Shown piece after piece: positions 36,597-46,428 of a stretch of 46,428 nt of DNA. Source of the DNA: Octopus sinensis. Lineage: Eukaryota. Numbering within the stretch: position 1 is the first letter of the stretch; each line of letters begins with the position of its first letter. The stretch covers positions 1 to 46,428 of the forward strand of contig NW_021834635.1 of assembly GCF_006345805.1 (NCBI RefSeq). Direction: 5' to 3'. Position numbers and translations under genes: made by a program. The notes under the pieces were generated by a model. The model worked only from the letters and a program-made list of their open reading frames with translations, had not been told where the DNA came from and searched no databases.

Positions 36597-38670
36597 ATGT
36601 CAAGAAATCTTATAGTGGAAAAATATTCTGCTATGTTTTCTGAAGAAAACTTTCCCAGTTTGCAAAATACAATCGACAAACGCGCTGACAGTAAAATGGA
36701 TAATACTCAAACCACCACCACCACCACCACCACCACCACCACCACCACGTCATCCACTACCTCAACTACCAACAACAACAACAATGACAACAAGAATAAC
36801 AATAATTGCGACACCGTTTCGATATCTGCTGCCTCGGCTGTCTCTTCTGCCACTGACACCACCACCAACAACAAAAACAACAACTCCGTTCAGACCTGTT
36901 TTACTCCAACGACAAAAACTGAAGTAAATAAACAAAAACTGTAAAACCAAACAAATTGTCAAAAGCTGCCCGACTACAGGATAAATTATGAAAATAATTT
37001 TCCACCCCTTCCTACTTGCACAATCGAACCAAACACACCAATTTTACAAACTGCAGCCAACAACAACATCACCACCAGCAAAACACAACAAAACAACAAC
37101 AAATTTCGCTGAGCGCGATTAAAGAAAAAAAAAACAACAATATATTTACGGCTCAACAAATACAGGACACGAACATTACAATAACAGAATTAGATGGTAT
37201 AGTGAAGATAAACATACCAGAAGACATTTTGGAAGATGAAAAAGAAGAACAATTATTTATAAATAGTTAACAAAAAAACAAAAAGCCCAGAGAAGGCTAA
37301 CACAAGCAAAATAGAGAAGTGCTTGAAACCCATCTGGAATCACAAAGACTATGTGACCTGGTGGAACAAATTTGCCCACATACAAGTTGTTTTCCACACC
37401 GAAGAGTTGGCTAGACGTTTCTCAACGCTAACTCTTCACTCAGATGAACTCCAATTTACACCAAGCTATTGGGGACAGAAAGTGACTAAGATCACTTTAA
37501 ACAATGTCCCCAAAATAGCCAATAATCTATGGCTTGTAAAGGCCTTATGCGTAAAAATGACGAATTTTACTATTTTGGAAACCACAGTCACAGAGCATAA
37601 AAACTGGGTGGGAAGAAAAGTAGAATTTCTTCTACATATACATCATGAATATATAAAAAAAATACCCACCCAGATATGTGTATCAGACGACCACAAGTTA
37701 TATGTGGTCGTCGATGGCAGAAGACCACGTTGCTACATATGCGGCAGTGAGCAACACCTAAAAAAAAGACTGCAAATCTGCCGCAGAAAACAACAGCAAC
37801 AAAAACAGCAGCCGGAAACAAAACAATAAACAAGGTTTACTACCCCAACAACGTTTTGCAGGAACAAACCTCACCAACCAAACACCACACCAACTGCAGC
37901 ACCAAGAACAGAAGCAGCATCACCAACAACAACAACCAAGAATACACCAACTCCCAAACCAAGGACATCTGCCAAAAAGACACTCAGCAAAAATGAAGAA
38001 ACAATTACAACTCCAAATCCCCACAAAATTGAGACCCCAAACAACACAACAATACCTACAATCACTCAAACACAAAATACCCAAACCCCACCTCCAAAAC
38101 CGCATACACCACAACACAAACGCTCACCACCACCAACACCAAAACAAAATCGACACAGTCGACAATAGACCCCAATATTTTCCCTCTTCCAGGCTCCGAT
38201 TCGTCTGATTTGTCATTAGACGAGGAAGACACGGAGATTGGCAAATAGCACAGGGGGAGAAGAAAAAGGGGAAAAAAAAAGAAAAAGAAAAATAACAAAT
38301 AAGCGGGAAGATACACCACTCCCGACACAAAAACATCCACAGAAAACAAACACATCAACACAAACACACCATCATCAAACCCCCCAACTATGTTGACAGC
38401 CATAAACACAAACAACCACGACCTAATGGAACACATTAGGTCAAACACCAACATAACTGAAAACGACATAAAACAAGTAACCACCCACACACAACACCAC
38501 CACAACACATTAAAATAATACACGTAACACAGAACACATACAGCACCCTGAAATCTCTTTACCCTGATGCAGAGTAGGGAGATTTCAAAAGTATTCATCG
38601 AAAAAACTGTACAAAAGCCTCATAGAAGAGACCGTGAGGTGAAGACAAAGGACTTTCGAACAACAAGTAA
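36597..38670 (+). pseudogene. LINE ORF1 (low-complexity T/N/Q tracts, RRM-like middle region, CCHC zinc knuckle), frameshifted
   Basis: ATG at 36597. YVVVDGRRPRCYICGSEQHLKK(D)C gives CX2CX4HX4C after removing one A from a homopolymer. The 3' boundary is approximate. Confidence 0.7.
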
Positions 38671-38735
38671 CCTTTTCTCTCTCTCTTCCTTTTTTGCACT
38701 TTCTTTTCGTGTGTAAAACACAACTTTATCGGAAC

Positions 38736-41700
38736 ATGCTCAGAATAGGCAGTATAAATGTACGTGGTTTGGGGTCGCCTTGGAAACAAGGCTACCTGTT
38801 AAATGACATCAAATCACTAAATCTGAATATCAAGCCATCAGTGAGACCAGACTCCACAGCTTGCGGGCACTTCAGCACATTTTCGGTACACATTTCAACA
38901 TTTTTTTCTCTCCGTGTCTACCGAGAATGGGCGGAGGTGGCACCGCGGTGCTTATCCGGAAGAGTCTGGATCTCAATGTAAAAGCAAATTTCCTAGACCC
39001 GGAGGGTAGGCTGGTCGTTTTGGATGTCGATGGCAGCAATGAGTGTGCTTTTCGACTGATAGCAGTTTATGCTCCGTCCTTAACAGGCCGACCAGATTTC
39101 TTTCGACGTCTAGAGTCTTTCATGGGAACGTCTCGTCCTTTACTTTTAGTGGGGGATTGGAATGCACCCTGGACACGCATCTAGACTACGTGGCAGAGAA
39201 AGCAATAGAAGGGGATGCAAATGCCTCAAAGACCTGCTCAGACGTTTCCAACTGTCTGACAGGTACCGACTGGACCACCCGAATGTGCCAATGTGGACAT
39301 GGAGTAACCGCATCGGGTCGTCCAGATCATACTTAGATAGAGTATTCTGTAGGACAATAGATAAAAAATAGTGTAGGTTGTCCACAATTTCATATAGTCA
39401 GTTACATAGATCACAAGTTTGTGACTTGTACACTTGACTTAGATAAGACACATAGGCAGGGTCCTGGTTACTGGAAACTGAACGCGTCTTTTACAGCACG
39501 ACAGGTTTACAGGGACCGGATCAGCACATTAGTTAAGAGAGCTTTGACGGGTACCATCATCAACAACAGATGGTGGTATGCCCTAAAAAAAGCAATTAAA
39601 GCAGAATCAGTCAGATACAGTAGAGCCCTAGCATTAGACCGAAATAGAATAGAGGGAGAATTAGTTAAGGTTTTAGAAGAGGCACTTAGAACTGGCATCG
39701 CGTCCAACGTGCTGGCGGCGAGATTGGCCCTCGACCAACACCTCAACGCCAAACACGAAGCATGCGTTGTCAGAGCTAGGATGCGTGCTCTGAGGAACGA
39801 AGGAGTTGGAGCCGCCCAAGAGGCCCGAGTGGTGGAGACGCAACGAGGCAACAGAGCCACCATCAAGTCTCTTATAGATGAACAGGGGCGCGAATTGCTC
39901 GAGCCTAAAAGGATGTGTGGGGCTTTTCAACAACACTTCACCCAACTGTTTGGGACAAGTGGTGAGTCAGAACGCAGACTGGACTTTAGTGCCTACCTGC
40001 ATGCCTTGCCACGACTCTCAGCAAGAGAGGTGGAGTCTTGTGAAAAGCCTATCACAGCTGCGGACGTACAGGATGCGATGGTAGGCTGCGCGAGAGACAA
40101 GTCACCAGGCTTGGATGGTCTGCCCTACGAACTTTATTTTCATATGCCAGACTTGTTTGGAGGCGTCTTGGCAGCTGTCTACTGCAACTGGCAGCAGAAC
40201 GGGAGTATTCCTGCTTTTGTAAAGCGAGGAGCAGTGGCACTGATCAAGAAAGACCCAAACAAGGGGGACGTCATAGATAATTTCAGGCCCATCACTCTGC
40301 TCAACGCAGATTTGAAAATTTTGGCGAAGGTGTTAGCCGAGAGGTTGGCGCTTGTCATCAAGAAACTAATCGACAAGGCGCAAACATGCGCCGTGCCGGG
40401 TAGAAGTATTCATGACAACCTCCATCTGATGCGCTATATCATAGACAGGGTAGTTAAAAGTCCTGGCATGGGTGGGGCGCTGATCAATTTGGATCAATCA
40501 AAAGCCTTCGATAGGGTAGACCATCACTACTTGGAGGGTGTCCTTAAAGCGGCTGGTTTCGGTCCAGTTTTCCGCGGTTGGATCGCTGCCTTATACAGCG
40601 GCATCCGCTCAGTAGTTCGCGTAAATGGTCATCTATCCAGACCTTTTAACATCATGCGTTCGGTTCGTCAGGGATGCCCCCTCTCATCGCTGCTGTATGT
40701 ACTGACTCTTGAGCCACTACTGCGGAAACTGGCGACGCTGAGGGGCATCCCACGAGAGCTGGGATGCGGGAGGAGCGTGTCTGCATACGCGGATGACGTC
40801 ACCGTCATAGTGTCGAGCTACGAGCACATCGAGCTGGTCGGCGAGACACTAAAAGAATACGAAGCGGTAACGGGAACAAAAATTAACCGGGAAAAGTCAG
40901 TGTCCTTGCGGCTCGGCACCTGGAGAAGCAAGCCCATGCCGTCCAACAGCGTCTCCATCGTGGGACGCTGGACGGACGGACCGGTTAAATTGCTCGGGGT
41001 CTGGTTCGGTCCGGACCTCCAAATGGGGAAGAACTGGGGGAGATAACGACTAGGGTGGCTACTCTCACCCAGAAATGGGCTGAGAGAAAGCTATCCCTAA
41101 AAGGTCGGGCGGAGGTGGCGAACGCGTACATCGCATCCGTCATCGAGTATCGTCTGACCGTCGTGCCTTGTCCCGACCCTACCATCACCAAACTGGAACG
41201 TATACTCTTCCGCTTCTTGTGGAAGGGAAACGTTCCGATGGTTAGGCAGGCAATCCATTTGCTGCCAACACCCGCTAAATGGAGGGCTGGGCATGCCGTG
41301 GTTGATGATGCGCGCAGACATGCGCTGAGACTGCGACATCTCCGGCGCTTCATAGACAACGGTGAACAGGTGGTGGTCGCCTTTTGTGCGGCGCGCTTTC
41401 CGCAGCTCGTCTCCTTGGACGAACTACAGTCATGGATCAAGCAGAGACCGAGGCTAGGCGAATGGCACCTGAGTGTCGCGTTGCTCTCAAGCAACTCTGC
41501 CGTCCGGGATCGAACTTGTGCGACTCCATCACAACAAAGGCATTCTATAGAGGATTAGTGGAGGGGAGGTGCGACGACGAACTCGGGCAGAGTCTGGGCG
41601 TCGACGAGGAACACCTGACCCGCCTGTTCAGGACAACTTTCGGGCCGGGACCTATGAACAATCACCAAAGATCCCTGGCCTGGCAGTGCTATCGAGAAGC

Positions 41701-42174
41701 ATACCTGTTCGGGATAAGCTCTACAGACACGGTTCCAGACACACTGGACCGACTTGCCCGAGATGCGGTCAGAGCGACGAAACCGTTCTGCAGGCACTCG
41801 TGCAATGTCCAACCATTTCCGACCTGTGGGCTTATGCCGAACGGCTGCTGTCACATGTGGGACGAATCCGCCTATCGGCCGAGTCTATCTTAACAATTGC
41901 TCCGCCCCCTTCCCTCAACCGGGAAGGCAAGGCAGTTTTTATCGTACTGGTGGCCATGGTGAAAGAATGTGTGTGGTGGACTCGAGCGAAAGGATTAGAG
42001 ACAAACACTTACCTCTCTGGCCCAATCGCTCATCAACTTTTTCAAGTACCACTTGAAAAGGAAGGTGAGAATGGAGAGGGAAGTTTTGTCTCGCGAAAGA
42101 TAAAAAAAAGATGGGTGAATGTTGCAAAGATGGTGCGTGCTAGTAACGAAACCATTTTGAGCATGATCCTGTAG
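38736..42174 (+). pseudogene. LINE ORF2: AP endonuclease, reverse transcriptase and C-terminal zinc motif, multiply frameshifted
   Basis: APE motifs MLRIGSINVRGL, AVYAP and VGDWNA; RT motifs KSPGLDG, FRPITLLNADLKILAK, LDQSKAFDRVDH, VRQGCPLS and YADD; CPRCG...QCP. Largest intact block 39421-41046. Confidence 0.95.
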
Positions 42175-42473
42175 ATCGTAAAAAGAAAGAAAGAGAGCAT
42201 TTTGATCTCATGTGGTATTTCCTCCTGACTGGGGTTCCCGTGGTCTTTTCTGTAGGCTTTCTTCCACGGATGAACCCAATCTTGTTATATCAATGTTTAT
42301 ATAATTATTTCTGTGATACACGATTTCCTTTTTTTTCCTTTTTTTTTCCTCCTCTCCATCCTTTTGATCGCAATCTTACATTTATTTTCTTTTTTTCCAC
42401 CCTCGAAAAGAAAAGCTCTGCATTTGTATTTGTCCCCTCTGTATTCAGCCCTGTGTGGCCTAATAAAAGAAAG

Positions 42474-42475
<2 letters not shown>

Positions 42476-42564
<89 letters not shown>

Positions 42565-42670
42565 CCTGTCTGTCTGTCTGTTTGTCTGTCTATCTATCTA
42601 TCTATCTATCTATCTTTTTGCTTGTCTGTGTGTTTGTTTGTCCGTCTGTCTGTATGTATGTATCTATCTG
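42476..42670. repeat. (ATCT)n grading into (GTCT)n, right flank of the Tx1 cluster
   Basis: Direct inspection. Confidence 0.95.
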
Positions 42671-42699
42671 GTTGATTGTTTCTCTGTCTAATCCGTCGC

Positions 42700-42732
<33 letters not shown>

Positions 42733-42830
42733 CTAATAACACACACACCCACACACACACACACACACACATATTATATATACATATACATACGTTATTA
42801 TATATATATTGTATATATGTATGTAATATA

Positions 42831-42871
<41 letters not shown>

Positions 42872-42919
42872 CTATACATACGTATATATATATATATATA
42901 TATATGTACATATGTATGA

Positions 42920-42962
<43 letters not shown>

Positions 42963-43009
42963 GATCATCTCAATAACAGAAACCTCAGAGGTACATCTTT
43001 ATATATATA

Positions 43010-43386
43010 CTAGCAGTATCGCCCGGCGTTGCTCGGGTTTGTAAGGGAAATAACTATATAAGCATTTTTAGAGAGTTATAGCCAAAAATAGCAAAACAAA
43101 GCCTTAAAAAGGAAAAAAATGATGGTAAATTTTTTAAAAATCGTTGACTCATCGTAGACCTTTTAGAGAGTTACTTCCCTTATCGAAAAAATACATTAAA
43201 ATGGAAAAAATGGGATGGAAATTATTTTTTAAATCGTAGACTCATCGTAGACGCGCGCTAATACCCAGAAGGTATGAATCACGACTATAAGATACCCGGT
43301 TTGGTTTAAACTGCACCGCAAAATGTGGGAGTAGTTAGGAATCTAAATCGTAGGAGCAGACACACAACTTGACTTATATATAAAGA
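43010..43386 (-). mobile_element. Non-autonomous Helitron, second copy
   Basis: A|TC start at 43386; hairpin CCCGAGCAACGCCGGG eight nt before CTAG|T at 43010; homologous to 9276-9779. Confidence 0.82.
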
Positions 43387-44279
43387 TATAGTAATAACGA
43401 TATTATTTGAAATATGAATAAACTCACGAACGCTGTTCACAGCATCGCCTTAATATTCAACACCGTTCATTTTCTGTTCTACACACACTTTCCTATCATG
43501 CAAATATATTTAAGGAACTTAGTCAATGTGTATTATTTAACTTCGGCACTAAATCCCATCAACATATTTTTGTAGCCATTGTGTGAAAACCATCTTGATG
43601 TTGTAACTGGCAAGGTTTCAAAATTTGTTTAGTTAATCTTATAAAGTTACAAATACAACTCTTATAAGTGCTTCAGATATTTATCCTAATCTCTGCTAAA
43701 CCTTTGTAAATATTTGGCAATACAACTCCGATAATCTATAGACGATCTGTCATATGCGACTAAATGTGGATGAAAAATCTTTGGGAAAATGGGAAAAGAA
43801 AATTATATACACAAAACACACACACATATATATGTGTGTATATATACGTATGCATGTATGTATGTATATACATAGATACAGATATATAAGTATTATATAT
43901 ATATACGCACACATGTGTATATGTATGAGTGGATATGCACACACATCTATGTAATAAATATATATTACAGATATTTGCGATGGAAGCATCATTAATACAG
44001 CAATCTTTATATCCTAGCTCAATATGGATCATACAGACGCACGGTACTAAGAGAAGACGTATATCGTTAGCAGACGAGTATGGGCTCCGGAAGTACGAGA
44101 TCGTGTGATTTCAGCATACTGCGTTTCCTCAGTGACAGTTCCCAGAAAATTCAGAAACAACAAACTCCGAGTGGTGACTATACGGACTCAGTTTTAAATA
44201 TATGAATATTATAATATATGTGATCACAGCCCTTTTGTGCTATTCGCGACCACTTCAATGACCTGCTCTCTCTCTCAAG

Positions 44280-44325
44280 GTCTGCCTCGAGTCTTTCCAG
44301 ACGGAATCAAGCCAGACCTTGCGAC
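44280..44325 (+). other. Candidate 46-nt spliced exon of an unidentified host transcript
   Basis: Upstream CAATGAC and CTGCTCTCTCTCTCAAG acceptor, downstream GTAAGG donor; open in all three frames (e.g. GLPRVFPDGIKPDLAT). No homology recognised. Confidence 0.3.
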
Positions 44326-44591
44326 GTAAGGACTTGGACTAACAAACAACGTTTGTTTACCCAGCACATTAAACAAACAATCGATTAGTTAGTGGTAGAT
44401 ATTTAACTAATTGACTAATAAGAAAGATGAGATATCGAACCGGTGCGTGTGTTATTATCATTGGCGTAATGACCCTCTCGAGACACATGGATATATGTAC
44501 ATAAATGTATATACAATATGCTTTTATATATGTGTATGTATGTACGTACACATACACACAACAATCTACTTTACCAAGTTTGAAACCAATC

Positions 44592-44593
<2 letters not shown>

Positions 44594-44658
<65 letters not shown>

Positions 44659-44701
44659 ATCTATCTATTAGCCAAGTATCAAGAATAGCTACATAGCTAC
44701 T

Positions 44702-44737
<36 letters not shown>

Positions 44738-44738
44738 G

Positions 44739-44795
<57 letters not shown>
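44594..44795. repeat. (ATCT)n and (AGAT)n arrays in inverted orientation around a ~33-nt spacer
   Basis: Direct inspection. Confidence 0.93.
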
Positions 44796-44797
<2 letters not shown>

Positions 44798-45141
44798 CGG
44801 CGTTTTTTAGGTTTGAAGACACCGAAATTGTTTCGATTCAAGCATTTCAGTGTATTTTATTACATTGTTTACTGTTGTGAATTTAAATCTTGCTTTAGTT
44901 CGCTCAAATTTCCTGAAACAACAGTTATTATTTTAAATATTTTTACTGTTTACGTCCAGGTCACAACTATTTGGTAGCCCTCAGACAAAAGGAGTTCTTT
45001 TCAGACTTTCTTCACTATTATATTTCTATAATTCCGATGTCTCTTTCGTGTTTATTTTTCTATGACGATAGGGTCTGATTTGAAGGAAACTTGTATACTG
45101 TTTCTAAGAGGTCAATCAATCACAAAGAGAACCTTGAATAA

Positions 45142-45532
45142 GGCGTAGGAGTGGCGTGTGGTAAGTAGCTTGCTTACGAACCACATGGTCCGGGTTCAGT
45201 CCCACTGCGTGGCACCTTGGGCAAGTGTCTTCTACTATAGCCTCAGGCCGATCAAAGCCTTGTGAGTAGATTTGGTAGACGGAAACTGAAAGAAACCTGT
45301 ATGTATGTGTGTGTGTGTTTCTGTGTGTCTGCGTTTGTCCCCCCAACATCGCTTGACAACCGATGCTGCTGTGTTTACGTCCCGGTAACTTAGCGGTTCG
45401 ACAAAAGAGAACGGTAGCACAAGTACTAGGCTTACAAAGAATAAGTCCTGGGGTAGATTTGCTCGACTAAAGGCGGTGCTCCAACATGGCCACAGTCAAA
45501 TAACTGAAACAAGTAAAAGAGTAAAGGAGTAA
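45142..45532 (+). mobile_element. SINE family A
   Basis: Full-length homology. Confidence 0.9.
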
Positions 45533-45856
45533 TAAATAATAGTTGTTGTTCTTTCTGGTGTTGCTGTTGTTTATTGCTATTTTCGTTGCTGTTTCGTTCT
45601 AGGTCGGGTTTTTATCAAATAGATCTATGATAAAAAAAATATTCTTATCGTGATCGCACCATCTATTTCAGGGATATCCAAGACTGCATTACCCAACGTT
45701 TCGTTCCTATCTTTAAGATGTAATTTGAGTGAAAATCTTTGTGCTACTACTAAGACTATGATCGACCGTGTAGAGGGTACCATATTAGTAATGATATCCT
45801 TATGGAAAATTGTAATGAAGGTCCTTTATCCAAAGAGAAAAAATATCAACATGTCC

Positions 45857-46058
45857 TTACTCTCTTTTACTCTTTCACTTGTTTCAGACTGTGGCTATGC
45901 TGGAGCACCGCCTTTAGTCGAGCAAATCGACCTCAGGACTTATTCTTTGTAAGCCTAGTACTTATTCTATCGGTCCCTTTTGCCGAACCGTTAAGGTACG
46001 GGGACGTAAACACACCAGCATCGGTTGTCAAGCGATGTGGGGGGGGGAACCAGGCACA

Positions 46059-46125
<67 letters not shown>

Positions 46126-46279
46126 GACGAGCTTCTTTCAGTTTCCGTCTACCAAATCCACTCACAAGGCTTTGGTCAGCCCAAGGCTATAGTAGAAAAC
46201 GCTTGCTGAAGGTGCCACGCAGTGAAACTGAACCCGGAACTATGTGGTTCGTAAGCAAGCTACTTACCACACAGCCACT
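45857..46279 (-). mobile_element. SINE family A
   Basis: Full-length reverse-complement homology. Confidence 0.9.
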
Positions 46280-46428
46280 TTTGTGCCTATAGCTATGGGA
46301 AACTTTTGTTTGATTTCTTTCGGAACAATAATTTTATGTATTTATTAACTATTATTAATTATTTATAAATAACAATAACAGGTATAAAACATTGGAGTAA
46401 ACTGAAATTCTCTCTCTCTCTCGCTCTA

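Larger units (their letters stand above)
36189..42475 (+). mobile_element. Tx1-like (L1 clade) LINE copy 3, near full length (~6.3 kb), defective as assembled
   Basis: 5' UTR, ORF1, pyrimidine-rich spacer, APE-RT-zinc ORF2 and T-rich 3' UTR ending GTGGCCTAATAAAAGAAAGTT; (ATCT)n on both sides; no poly(A). Confidence 0.93.

Noticed and set aside
36597-42174. Calling Tx1 copy 3 an intact, active element
   Set aside because: Numerous frameshifts, several outside homopolymers. Some may be assembly errors, but activity cannot be claimed.

Overview
AT-rich, repeat-dominated animal DNA with no confidently identifiable host gene. The SINE and LINE repertoire and the dense (AT)n/(AC)n/(ATCT)n/(ATT)n microsatellites resemble octopus (coleoid cephalopod) intronic or intergenic DNA; this is an inference, not a database match. 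Almost all short ORFs in the supplied track are microsatellite or SINE translations. The main structure is at 34.3-42.6 kb. Three diverged, co-oriented copies of one Tx1/L1-clade LINE (5'-truncated, 3'-stub, and near full-length with decayed ORF1 and APE-RT ORF2) sit inside a single (ATCT)n array, and every junction is in the same repeat phase. This points to an (ATCT)n-targeting retrotransposon. A tRNA-type SINE family (family B here) ends in the same ~43-nt 3' terminus as this LINE, inserts outside (ATCT)n, and forms head-to-tail arrays at two loci. Also present: a sister Tx1 fragment ending in (CAT)n and fused to a 105-bp minisatellite, an (ATT)n-embedded 470-bp element, a hAT-like transposase fossil, two mariner relics, two non-autonomous Helitrons, RTE and CR1-like 3' ends (the latter shares its tail with SINE family A), and two Penelope-like repeats with hammerhead ribozyme motifs. 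SINE family letters (A-E) are my own labels.
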